A DNA stretch of 32,000 nt from Candidatus Saccharimonadota bacterium (GCA_041661045.1 JBAZVE010000001.1:450001-482000); one strand, 5' to 3'. Numbered from the stretch's first letter, positions 16,054-23,895 are shown. Made by a program: numbers and translations. Notes: generated from the letters alone by a model not told the origin.

Positions 16054-17170
16054 GAACCTTCTTCAGAATTTTGAGCGCAGAGCTGATTTGGGCGGACGAG
16101 GTTTCGCGGCCCAGAGTGAGGCGCAAGGACTCGCCGGCTTTTTTGGGGGATTGACCCATGGCGAGGAGCACGGAGGAGGGTTCGGTTTTTCCGGAAGAAC
16201 AGGCCGAGCCGCTGGAGGCGGCGAGGCCTTCCAGATCCAGGCGCATGACAAGAGTTTCGCCGAGTTGACCGGGAACATGGATGTTGATGTTGTTTTCTAA
16301 ACGATGTTCTTGTGAACCGTTGAGCGAGAGGCCCGGAATGGTGAGGAGGCCTTCTAAAAGTTCATCTCGCAAAGCTCCAATTCGTGCGGCTTCTTTTTTG
16401 CTGTCCTTGAGGGTGAGTTCCAAGGCTTTGGCAAAACCCACAATCGCCGCCGTGTTCTCGGTTCCCCCTCGCATGCGAAACTCTTGTCCGCCCCCTAAAA
16501 TGAGCGGCGTGATTTGCAGCCCTTCGCGAATATACAAGAGCCCAATCCCCTTGGGGCCATGAATTTTACCGCCATTGAGGCTCAGCAGATCCACCCCCAA
16601 GTGATCCACATTGATGTCTGAAAATCCTGGAGCTTGGCAGGCATCGGTGTGGAACAAAATCCCACGGTCTCTACATATTTTTGCGCTTTTTTTGATCGGC
16701 TGCAGTGTGCCCACCTCATTGTTGGCCAGCATCACAGAAACCAGTACGGTGTCTTTGCGCAGAGCGGCTTCAATTTCTTTGGGGTGAATAAGCCCTTCGC
16801 TGTCCGGCGCCACTTCAGTGAGTTCAAAGCCAAAATTGTCGCGCAAGTAACGGGCGGGCTCCAAAACAGCGGGGTGTTCGATGGCGGAAACCACCAGATG
16901 CTTGCCTCTCTCTTGTCTTCCAAAGGCTGCGCCATAAATGGCGGTGTTGCAGGATTCCGTTCCGCTTCCCATAAAAATGATTTCGTGTGGAGAAAAGGCT
17001 CCCAAAAGTTCCATGCAGGTGTTTCGCGCGCTGTCGATGGCGCCCCGAGCCGTCTGACCCATTTGGTGGATGGAGGAGGCGTTGGCGAAATGCTCCGTCA
17101 AATACGGCATCATCGCCTCGAGCACTCGCGGGTCGAGGGGGGTAGTGGCGGCATAGTCTAAATAAATCAT
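16046..17170 (-). CDS. cysteine desulfurase (NifS/IscS class V aminotransferase)
   Basis: 374 aa. Motifs: MIYLDYAATTPLDPRVLEAM, GSGTESCN, HTDACQ, KIHGPKGIGLLY, and the active-site loop SSGSACSSG. Confidence 0.9.
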   Translation of the reverse strand: MIYLDYAATTPLDPRVLEAMMPYLTEHFANASSIHQMGQTARGAIDSARNTCMELLGAFSPHEIIFMGSGTESCNTAIYGAAFGRQERGKHLVVSAIEHPAVLEPARYLRDNFGFELTEVAPDSEGLIHPKEIEAALRKDTVLVSVMLANNEVGTLQPIKKSAKICRDRGILFHTDACQAPGFSDINVDHLGVDLLSLNGGKIHGPKGIGLLYIREGLQITPLILGGGQEFRMRGGTENTAAIVGFAKALELTLKDSKKEAARIGALRDELLEGLLTIPGLSLNGSQEHRLENNINIHVPGQLGETLVMRLDLEGLAASSGSACSSGKTEPSSVLLAMGQSPKKAGESLRLTLGRETSSAQISSALKILKKVLK

Positions 17171-17565
17171 ACAAAGGCTTCTTCCGCCATTTCAGAGCTC
17201 AGCTCCGGAGCCAAAGATTTCATCGTACGAATGGATCTTTGTCTTCGAGGAGGTTCGCGCAAGCGTTTTAAATGTTTGGTCAGTCTTTGCTCCAATTTTT
17301 CTATGGCAAAATCCAGGGCTTCGGTGATGGTGTGTTTGGTTTCGCTGGTCATGAGGCGTTTTCGTGGAATCTCCAAAATACAGGTGAACGCGAAGGCGGT
17401 GTGCTTGTGGTGTTTTTGAATTTCGGGAAAGAAATGTACGGCATCCGAGTCCGGGTAATGCGCTTCAATCACTGGCATCAATGCCTCCAACTTTTTGGCC
17501 AGATAAGTTTCGAATTGTTCCTGTTCCGGCTCTGTAAGATTGCGGACCCTTTTGTGAATTCTCAT
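17167..17565 (-). CDS. hpf: ribosome hibernation promoting factor (HPF/RaiA family)
   Basis: The internal ATG at 17565 gives MRIHKRVRNLTEPEQEQFETYLAKKLEAL... and ...ITEALDFAIEKLEQRLTKHLKRLR, the typical HPF pattern. Its stop overlaps the desulfurase start (ATGA). Confidence 0.75.
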   Translation of the reverse strand: MRIHKRVRNLTEPEQEQFETYLAKKLEALMPVIEAHYPDSDAVHFFPEIQKHHKHTAFAFTCILEIPRKRLMTSETKHTITEALDFAIEKLEQRLTKHLKRLREPPRRQRSIRTMKSLAPELSSEMAEEAFV

Positions 17566-17602
17566 GGTGGCGGGGTTAAGAGCTAAACGGAAGATCACTG
17601 TA

Positions 17603-18094
17603 TCATACCTTCCAAATAATTTCATCCGTTTTTGTATCCATATTTATTTTGCGGGCCAAGACAAAAAGAAAATCGGAAAGGCGATTGAGGTAGGGGGTGA
17701 TGTTTTTTGGGAGACCGGAAACTTCACACACTCGGCGTTCAGCACGGCGGCAAATGGCGCGGGCACGGTGCACTTGGCAAGCCAGCGGATGACCGCCAGG
17801 CAGGATGAAATTCTTGAGCGGAGGCAGTTCGTTCTCCAATTCATAAATGCTTTTTTCCAAGCGCTTGAGCTCTTCTTCAAGCACCACGCGGCCGGCATCC
17901 ACACGCGTATCCGCCACCAAAGATCCAATCAAAAAAATGTTTTCCTGAATGTCTTCGAGCTCCAGCCCGGTGAGGTTGGAATTGAGCTCATCCAAAACGC
18001 CCACGGCTTCCACTCTTGGGTCTGTTTTCTTGACTCTTTCTCCCGAATACAGACTGGTTTCCCCTTGATCTCCGGACTTGGTGACGATGCTCAT
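17603..18094 (-). CDS. PduO-type ATP:cob(I)alamin adenosyltransferase family protein
   Basis: The internal ATG at 18094 gives MSIVTKSGDQGETSLYSGERVKKTDPRVEAVGVLDELNS... and ...FILPGGHPLACQVHRARAICRRAER..YLNRLSDFLFVLAR, a canonical PduO/MMAB N-terminal domain. Confidence 0.85.
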   Translation of the reverse strand: MSIVTKSGDQGETSLYSGERVKKTDPRVEAVGVLDELNSNLTGLELEDIQENIFLIGSLVADTRVDAGRVVLEEELKRLEKSIYELENELPPLKNFILPGGHPLACQVHRARAICRRAERRVCEVSGLPKNITPYLNRLSDFLFVLARKINMDTKTDEIIWKV

Positions 18095-18100
18095 GAGTAA

Positions 18101-18129
18101 AGCATACAAATGTATTGCTTCCGTCTCAA
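18101..18129 (-). promoter_or_regulatory. promoter of the adenosyltransferase-hpf-desulfurase operon, leaderless geometry
   Basis: The minus strand reads TTGAGA (18129..18124), a 17-nt spacer, TATGCT (18106..18101), then ttactc (6 nt), then ATG (18094). Confidence 0.5.
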
Positions 18130-18168
18130 GCCCTTTGCTAAGCTGGCGGCACTTTAACTCAAGCACCC

Positions 18169-18573
18169 ATGGCAGACGCTGTTATGCAAGAAAAGATCAA
18201 GCTTCTTCAAGAGAAACTTCAAGAACTCAAAGAGCTCAAAAGTCTGATGAAGGATATTGAAGACGATATCCCCATGGAGCTGGAAGATCTTATGCTTCAA
18301 CTCAAGGACCTCAAAAAACAGGCCAAGGATCGTAAAGATGAACACTTGAAGCAGATTCTTACGGACAATTTGGAATACAGCGAATACCGCGAACGCGTGC
18401 AGGCGGCAAAGGAAGAAATCGCACAAGCAAAATTGGAAATCTTCACCATTGCGGCGAACCAAACCCGAGAACATGGGGATTTGGACCAAACGGTGGTGGT
18501 GGATGGTGCTCCTTTCCGTTTGCAAACTCAAAAGGAAGTGGCCGTTTACCTCAACGGGAAAGTGATCAAGTAG
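18169..18573 (+). CDS. hypothetical coiled-coil protein
   Basis: 134-aa ORF. The N-terminal ~100 aa is rich in charged heptads (KIKLLQEKLQELKELKSLMKDIEDD...). The short C-terminal part is beta-like. No family recognised. Confidence 0.55.
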   Translation: MADAVMQEKIKLLQEKLQELKELKSLMKDIEDDIPMELEDLMLQLKDLKKQAKDRKDEHLKQILTDNLEYSEYRERVQAAKEEIAQAKLEIFTIAANQTREHGDLDQTVVVDGAPFRLQTQKEVAVYLNGKVIK

Positions 18574-19408
18574 TTGCCGTTTGCTTGAATGCGGGCTCCC
18601 ACTTGAATCCTGCGCTCACCAAATTGGCACCGATCAAAGCAAAGAGTTCTGGATACGGAAGGCTGAACTGCGCAAAGATTCCGAAAATCCCAGCGGCCAT
18701 GGCTCCGTACGCCACCTGCTTCCATGGAAGGAATGGGGAGGTTTTGGGTTCCGCAAGCATGATGCAGGCAAAGAAATAGATGAAAGAATCCATAAAGGTG
18801 AAGCGAAGGGCCTCGGCGTCCGTGCGGAGATAATGGAGCACCGCAAAGACCGCAAGAAAGCTGACCACCAGAGGAAATTTACGCCACACGGCAAATCCTC
18901 CAAAAATCCATACCGCCATCAAGAGCAGGGAAATGGGCAGTTCGACGCCCCAAAAATTCACAACCCAAAAGGAAGCGCCCCACCAAGAGGCGAAGGGGAG
19001 GTCCCAGCCCACGATGGCACCCAGTCCCGCGCTGATTAAAATTCCCGTTGCGGCGGGGTTGATGATGGGAGAGTTCTTCCATTCTACAAAAAACTTGAGG
19101 GTGATGGCCGTGACCGTGGCGAGCACGGGGTAAACAAGCGCGGGGAGTCCGCCTGCCGGATGCAAGACGAGGAAGATCAATAAACAAGTGACCACGGTGT
19201 CCCAAATGTTCTTACGCTTGCTCGAAAACCGCGTGTAAAACGCGTAGAGCAAGAGGCCAAAACCCAGCGTGAGCCCCAAGTGGAGTACGCTTGCGCTTCC
19301 CCAATTGTAACCCAAGGCCACTGCTGCAAAAACCGAAAGGAAGAGTGCAAACCGTTTGATGGGATCGAGCTTGAATTTCATAGGCGTGTGTGAGAAAGTA
19401 TTTTCCAC
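18566..19408 (-). CDS. RnfD/NqrB-like polytopic membrane protein (short, orphan)
   Basis: 280 aa with about 8 TM segments. The motifs SPIINPAATGILIS and MLAEPKTSPFLPWKQVAYGAMAAGIFGIF...LFALIGANLV resemble conserved RnfD/NqrB blocks. I saw no SGAT flavin-attachment motif. The track start is GTG 19408, but ATG 19381 (MKFKLDPIKRF...) is equally plausible. Confidence 0.55.
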   Translation of the reverse strand: MENTFSHTPMKFKLDPIKRFALFLSVFAAVALGYNWGSASVLHLGLTLGFGLLLYAFYTRFSSKRKNIWDTVVTCLLIFLVLHPAGGLPALVYPVLATVTAITLKFFVEWKNSPIINPAATGILISAGLGAIVGWDLPFASWWGASFWVVNFWGVELPISLLLMAVWIFGGFAVWRKFPLVVSFLAVFAVLHYLRTDAEALRFTFMDSFIYFFACIMLAEPKTSPFLPWKQVAYGAMAAGIFGIFAQFSLPYPELFALIGANLVSAGFKWEPAFKQTATT

Positions 19409-19411
19409 AGT

Positions 19412-19420
19412 ATTCTAACA
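19412..19420 (-). promoter_or_regulatory. candidate extended -10 (TGtTAGAAT) for the RnfD-like gene
   Basis: The minus strand reads TGtTAGAAT (19420..19412). A transcription start about 7 nt downstream would fall past GTG 19408. That favours ATG 19381 as the start codon. Confidence 0.35.
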
Positions 19421-19426
19421 CTCTCC

Positions 19427-19996
19427 ATGCAAAATACCATTCGTTACGCACTCTTTTTGTTCATCGTCAGCGGACTTCTTTTTACAGCCTGTGATCGTGA
19501 AGTGGTGGACCCTGATTTGGAGATCCCAACTGCTGAAGAAGTTGAGGAGGCGACCGGGATAGACACTCTCGAAATGGATGAAGCGACGGATGAGGATGGA
19601 AATCCAGTGCCTCAAGTAGAGGACGACCCCGAGGACACCAGCTCCACTAGAAACGGATCCACCGGCAGTGACTCTGCGTCTGCCGAAGAAAGCAGTGTGT
19701 ATGAAGATGGCACTTATTCCGCTGATGGCAGCTACACCAGCCCCGCCGGCGCCGAGAGCATTGGGGTTTCTTTGATCGTTGAGAACGACATCGTCACAAG
19801 CGTGAGCATTCAGAATAAAGCCACCGATGCAAACAGCGTCATTTATCAGCAGCTTTTTACGGAGGGGATTTCCGCTCAAGTGATCGGTAAATCTTTGGAC
19901 GAAATCGGGGGATACAGCTCCGTGAATGGCAGCTCACTCACTCCCAATGGTTTTGATCAGGCCTTGGCCAGCATTAAAATGGAAGCGGCTCTGTGA
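19427..19996 (+). CDS. FMN-binding-domain lipoprotein (RnfG/NqrC/PplA-like)
   Basis: 189 aa. Signal plus lipobox-like LLFTAC, an acidic D/E-rich linker, then an FMN_bind-type domain: YEDGTYSADGSYTSPAGAESIGVSLIVENDIVTSVSIQ...GGYSSVNGSSLTPNGFDQALASI. Confidence 0.7.
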   Translation: MQNTIRYALFLFIVSGLLFTACDREVVDPDLEIPTAEEVEEATGIDTLEMDEATDEDGNPVPQVEDDPEDTSSTRNGSTGSDSASAEESSVYEDGTYSADGSYTSPAGAESIGVSLIVENDIVTSVSIQNKATDANSVIYQQLFTEGISAQVIGKSLDEIGGYSSVNGSSLTPNGFDQALASIKMEAAL

Positions 19997-20886
19997 GAAT
20001 TGAGCTCCAGCATCGTGCGCTAGGAACGCCCATTTTGGTGACGGTGGTTTTGGGTGCAGAAGAGGATGAAGAGCGGGCACGGGCGGCCGTGGCACTGGCT
20101 TTTGCAGAGGCGGACCGAATTGAGCAGACTTATTCGCGATTCTTGGAAGGCAACGAACTGAGCCGACTCAACGCTCGGGTGGGGCAGTGGACAGCGGTGA
20201 GTGAAGAGTTCTACAAGTTGATTGAGTTCGGGGAGCGGGTGAAACAAAAAACAGGCGGCGCTTTTGATCTTACTGTGAAAACCATTTTGGAGGGCTGGGG
20301 GTACGATGCGAACTATTCCTTAAAAGAAAGCGTGCCCGGGCACACGGGGCGAATTGACCTGCTGGAGGGAAAAGTGCGACTGAGAGCAGCGATGGAACTC
20401 GGCGGGCTTGGAAAGGGCTACGCCATCGACCGCATGGATAGCTTTTTGCAGGACTTTGAAAATGTGTGCATCAATGCCGGCGGCGATTTGCGTGTGCGAG
20501 GGGATGATTCAGAGCTCCGCCGAGGATGGCGGATCGTTTTTGAGCATCCCACGGATATCACCAAGGGCATTGGCTTTGTGGACGCGAGTGATTTGGCTTT
20601 GGCGTGCAGCAGTCCTTCGCGCCGAAGCTGGCGAGACAAGCACCACCTGGTGGATGCCCGTAACGGCCAGCCAGCCTCCGATATGCTGGCGGTCTACACA
20701 CAGTCAAGCGCGGCCCTTTTGGCGGATGCGTACTCCACAGCACTTTTTGTGATGGGCTATGAAAAAGCCAAGGCTCTGTTGGGGGCGGATGGGTCGCTTT
20801 GCGGTCTGGTGGAAGCCATGTTGATCGGGCCTGATGGAAAGATTTTTTTGAGCGCTGGGTTCCAGGGGGAGTTGTTTGAGAAGTAA
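19993..20886 (+). CDS. apbE: FAD:protein FMN transferase (ApbE)
   Basis: 297 aa. Motifs: ALGTPILVTV, SRFLEGNELSRLN, GGAFDLTV, LGGLGKGYAIDR, INAGGD, ADAYSTALFVMG. Its GTG start overlaps the upstream TGA (GTGA). Confidence 0.9.
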   Translation: MRIELQHRALGTPILVTVVLGAEEDEERARAAVALAFAEADRIEQTYSRFLEGNELSRLNARVGQWTAVSEEFYKLIEFGERVKQKTGGAFDLTVKTILEGWGYDANYSLKESVPGHTGRIDLLEGKVRLRAAMELGGLGKGYAIDRMDSFLQDFENVCINAGGDLRVRGDDSELRRGWRIVFEHPTDITKGIGFVDASDLALACSSPSRRSWRDKHHLVDARNGQPASDMLAVYTQSSAALLADAYSTALFVMGYEKAKALLGADGSLCGLVEAMLIGPDGKIFLSAGFQGELFEK

Positions 20887-20919
20887 GGGTGGAGGCGCTG
20901 CGGTGACACCATCTGGAAG

Positions 20920-21750
20920 CTACACTAAAGCCGCAATGACGCACAGCAAAAGTAAGGCGACCCAGGCTTTATTCTTCAAAAGGTAGTGGGGCTTGATCAC
21001 CAGAGCCGGATCTTTAATGAAAAGCGCGCTGGTGTACATGATCAGTGCCAGGGGTAGGATGAGTTGGGGGAGAGGCCAGCCCGCTTTATACAGTTGATAG
21101 GAAGAACCGACAATCAGTAAGTAGGCGGCGATGCGGATGGGATGGCAGACAAATGGAGTGTAGTAGCGGAGCACGGGTTTGTGCTCTGCGGCACGAGTGC
21201 TGCCGAGCAGTTTGATATCACTACGGCGTTTGTGTGTAAGGAAGAGGAGAATGAGTGAAAATAAAAAAACAAAGTAGGGAATTTGAAGTGCTTCGGGGGG
21301 CTCTTTTAGGCCTGCTGCCATGCGGAGCATGAAGTTGGCTCCAATGAGTAAAAGATCGAGTATTGGTAGATTTTTGAGCCCAAGAGAGTAGGCCGTGGTG
21401 AACAGAAAGTAGAGCCCAATCAGCAGTCCATAAAAAATGCCGACTTGGCTTATAACGGCCACGACGATGAGCAAGAGAACGGTGGTAACCGCGAGTGCTT
21501 CCTTCCCGGTGACTTTTCCGCTGGCGAGGGGGCGGTTTTTTTTGGTGGGGTGGAGGCGGTCTTTGCTCCGGTCGAGCCAGTCGTTTGCAATGTAGGTCAC
21601 GGAAGAAATTGCACAGAGGCCGATGAACCCAAGGAGGAGATTCGACCAAGGCTGGACGCTTGTGGCAAACAACACCGGAGCAAAAATGATGAGGTTTTTG
21701 TACCATTGTTCAATGCGGAGCAGTTTGCGGATGGTTTGAAAAGTTTCCAT
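20920..21750 (-). CDS. UbiA-family prenyltransferase, decaprenyl-phosphate phosphoribosyltransferase-like
   Basis: 276 aa with about 8 TM segments. The N-terminal RIEQWYKNLIIFAPVLFA and YIANDWLDRSKDRLHPTKKNRPLASGKV match the DPPR-synthase branch better than the MenA/UbiA quinone branch. Confidence 0.75.
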   Translation of the reverse strand: METFQTIRKLLRIEQWYKNLIIFAPVLFATSVQPWSNLLLGFIGLCAISSVTYIANDWLDRSKDRLHPTKKNRPLASGKVTGKEALAVTTVLLLIVVAVISQVGIFYGLLIGLYFLFTTAYSLGLKNLPILDLLLIGANFMLRMAAGLKEPPEALQIPYFVFLFSLILLFLTHKRRSDIKLLGSTRAAEHKPVLRYYTPFVCHPIRIAAYLLIVGSSYQLYKAGWPLPQLILPLALIMYTSALFIKDPALVIKPHYLLKNKAWVALLLLCVIAALV

Positions 21751-22553
21751 TATTTTTTACAAATGATCTTAAGTGCGGCGGGGAGTGTTTCCACGGTCAC
21801 CACTTTTCCTTTCAACACCTCCCCATCCAATTGGAATTTGAACTCTTTGGGGCTTTTGATAGAAATCGTTTTACCCTTGTGGTGCTGCAGTAAGCCCTTG
21901 GAAGTAAGCACGAGTATATTGAGCACTCCATCGTCAGGCCGGATGGGCACGAGGGGAAAGGGGAAGGCGTTGAACACCATGATGCTGCGGGCAAACACGG
22001 CACTTCGCTGCCCGTCTATGGTGAGTTTATAAGGCTCCGGCCGGTAAAACAGAGCTGTTTTTAAAAAGACCCAAGCATAAGCGAGCAGGCCCAGTTTCCG
22101 CTTGAGTTCGCGCGGAGTTTCTTGCATGAGAAAGGCGTCGTAGCCGCGGCCAACCGCAATGGTTCCGTAGTGCGTGCGGTTGATGCGCATGATGTCCAAC
22201 GAACGAGGTTTGCCGGTGAGTCCCATTTTGAGGGCGCGACCGGGCTGGAGCAGTGGAATGCCCAACGAGAGGGCGAGTAAATTCCCGCTGCCTTGCGGCA
22301 CCACCACGAGTGGCATTTCCGCCTTGGTCTCCATCATGGCGCGCACCACTTCCGCCACGGTGCCGTCGCCGCCGCTCACTACCACTCGATCGTATGGGTT
22401 CTTAAAAAGCGGCAAAAGATCTTGGTTTGGCCTTGTTTCGTACCATGTGTAGTCGTAACCGTGTTTTTCTAAAATACCTTGAAATAGGGCGCTTGTGTCG
22501 CCCCATTTCTTGTGCCCTGAAACGGGGTTGAAAATGACGAGTGCTTTCTTCAT
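21750..22553 (-). CDS. diacylglycerol-kinase-catalytic-domain lipid kinase (YegS/BmrU-like)
   Basis: The internal ATG at 22553 gives MKKALVIFNPVSGHKK...VVVSGGDGTVAEVV...PLVVVPQGSGNLLALSLGIP. This start overlaps the upstream stop (ATGA), and its stop overlaps the UbiA start. Confidence 0.8.
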   Translation of the reverse strand: MKKALVIFNPVSGHKKWGDTSALFQGILEKHGYDYTWYETRPNQDLLPLFKNPYDRVVVSGGDGTVAEVVRAMMETKAEMPLVVVPQGSGNLLALSLGIPLLQPGRALKMGLTGKPRSLDIMRINRTHYGTIAVGRGYDAFLMQETPRELKRKLGLLAYAWVFLKTALFYRPEPYKLTIDGQRSAVFARSIMVFNAFPFPLVPIRPDDGVLNILVLTSKGLLQHHKGKTISIKSPKEFKFQLDGEVLKGKVVTVETLPAALKIICKK

Positions 22554-22993
22554 ATTAGCCGGGAAAAGATTTTTGCGTCCAGGAGGTAAAGCACTTTGTC
22601 GATCCACGATTCATCCCGACCCACGAGGGTTTTAACTTGTATAAAATCGCCTCCACTATTACGGGCCAGGCGCCCATCGATGATGGCCAAGTTCCCAATC
22701 ACAAGGAGCGGCTTCCCGCCCTCATTCCCCACTAGATCCAGTAGCTTTTTATTCGGCTTGCGAAGCTTGGTCTCCAAGTAGGGGACCCCACAAGTTTTTG
22801 CGACTCTTCTGTTCCGGCTTATGTCTTTGCTATTGGTGCACAAATGCAGTTCATTCTTGGCTTTAAGCTCTTTTATTTTCCGCAGCACCGGCGCCTTTAT
22901 TTTGTCTGAACCCTCCTCCGTGAGGGTCCCATCTATATCTAAAAAAATAAGTTTCCCTTCAAACGGCGTATTGAGTTCACTGAAGAATTTCAT
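22550..22993 (-). CDS. HAD-superfamily phosphatase (YqeG/IIIA-like)
   Basis: 147 aa. Motif I is FLDIDGTLT, motif II is LCTNS, and a later KP is present. Motif IV is degenerate (IGNLAIIDG instead of GDxxxxD). Confidence 0.65.
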   Translation of the reverse strand: MKFFSELNTPFEGKLIFLDIDGTLTEEGSDKIKAPVLRKIKELKAKNELHLCTNSKDISRNRRVAKTCGVPYLETKLRKPNKKLLDLVGNEGGKPLLVIGNLAIIDGRLARNSGGDFIQVKTLVGRDESWIDKVLYLLDAKIFSRLI

Positions 22994-23000
22994 CTCTTTG

Positions 23001-23009
23001 ATTATAGCA
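23001..23009 (-). promoter_or_regulatory. extended -10 promoter of the HAD-kinase-UbiA operon, leaderless geometry
   Basis: The minus strand reads TGcTATAAT (23009..23001), then caaagag (7 nt), then ATG (22993). Confidence 0.55.
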
Positions 23010-23020
23010 AGACCAAGTCG

Positions 23021-23048
23021 TTGACTCCACTCACAAAAAGGGTAGCAT
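23021..23048 (+). promoter_or_regulatory. candidate divergent promoter for the 23073/23302 membrane-protein genes
   Basis: TTGACT (23021..23026), a 16-nt spacer, then TAGCAT (23043..23048). ATG 23073 lies 24 nt downstream. Confidence 0.4.
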
Positions 23049-23072
23049 TTAAGACTCTCGTAACCACTGCCT

Positions 23073-23327
23073 ATGAACTGGATTTTTTGGCTTCTGGTTT
23101 CGGCGGAACTGATCTCTGTTTCGTTGTGTTTTTGGAGTGTTTATAGGCTCTACAAATACATCCGCGCGTACTGTTTTGCTGAATCGGTGTACACGCTTCT
23201 TTTTGGGTTTGTGCGGTTGAGATATTTTGTTTATGCCTACCTCACCATTGTCTTTTTGGCCACCATCGCCGGGTTCATTTTTGCCTTTTCACTCCTCAAT
23301 CATGACTTCTCCGCGCAAGAATTTTAA
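23073..23327 (+). CDS. small hydrophobic membrane protein
   Basis: 84-aa ORF with 2-3 predicted TM helices. It overlaps the next gene by 26 nt. No family recognised. Confidence 0.45.
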   Translation: MNWIFWLLVSAELISVSLCFWSVYRLYKYIRAYCFAESVYTLLFGFVRLRYFVYAYLTIVFLATIAGFIFAFSLLNHDFSAQEF

Positions 23328-23844
23328 AGGCCAGATGGATGATGAGGTGGTGCTCTCCTACTTTCGTCGACACTGGATTCACATCGCACTTCCTTTGACC
23401 ACGCTGCCCCTCTCTTTCTTTGCTTTCATCTTTCTCCTCATTTACACTTTTGGGGCTCAAAATCCCACGAATTTGATGGTGGGCCTCATTGTTTTGGGCC
23501 TTCTTTTCATCACGGGGTTGATTCATCATCAATTTCTTTGTGTGTTTCGTTACTACCTCAGCACGGTGATCGCCACCAATATGCGCGTGGTGATTTTGGA
23601 TAAATCTGTATTTTTTAGGGACAGCAAGACCGCCGTTGACTTGGGTAAAATTCAGGACATTCAAAAAAAACAGATTGGGGCCTTTCAGCATCTGTTCAAG
23701 TTTGGCACTTTGCGTTTGGAGCTTTCGGGGGGGGAGCCCATTGAAATCTCTTTGGTGCCTCAGCCAGATTTTCAGTTCAAGAAGTTCAATGAACTCAAAA
23801 AGTGGCGGGATGAACGGGACTCGAACCCGCGACCTCTGCCGTGA
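23302..23844 (+). CDS. membrane protein with bacterial PH (bPH_2, YdbS/YdbT-like) domain
   Basis: The internal ATG at 23302 gives MTSPRKNFKGQMDDEVVLSYFRRHWIHIALPL..., then two TM helices, then YYLSTVIATNMRVVILDKSV...LGKIQDIQKKQIGAFQHLFKFGTLRLEL. The last 42 nt run antisense into tRNA-Asp. Confidence 0.6.
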   Translation: MTSPRKNFKGQMDDEVVLSYFRRHWIHIALPLTTLPLSFFAFIFLLIYTFGAQNPTNLMVGLIVLGLLFITGLIHHQFLCVFRYYLSTVIATNMRVVILDKSVFFRDSKTAVDLGKIQDIQKKQIGAFQHLFKFGTLRLELSGGEPIEISLVPQPDFQFKKFNELKKWRDERDSNPRPLP

Positions 23845-23879
23845 CAGGGCAGCGCTCTAACCAACTGAGCTACCATCCC
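23803..23879 (-). tRNA. tRNA-Asp (anticodon GTC), CCA encoded
   Basis: The reverse complement folds by hand into a cloverleaf: acceptor GGGATGG/TCATCCC, D arm GCTC-AGTTGGTTA-GAGC, anticodon arm CTGCC-CTGTCAC-GGCAG, T arm GCGGG-TTCGAGT-CCCGT, discriminator G, then CCA. Total 77 nt. Confidence 0.95.
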
Positions 23880-23895
23880 ACTTAAGGGCTTGCGC

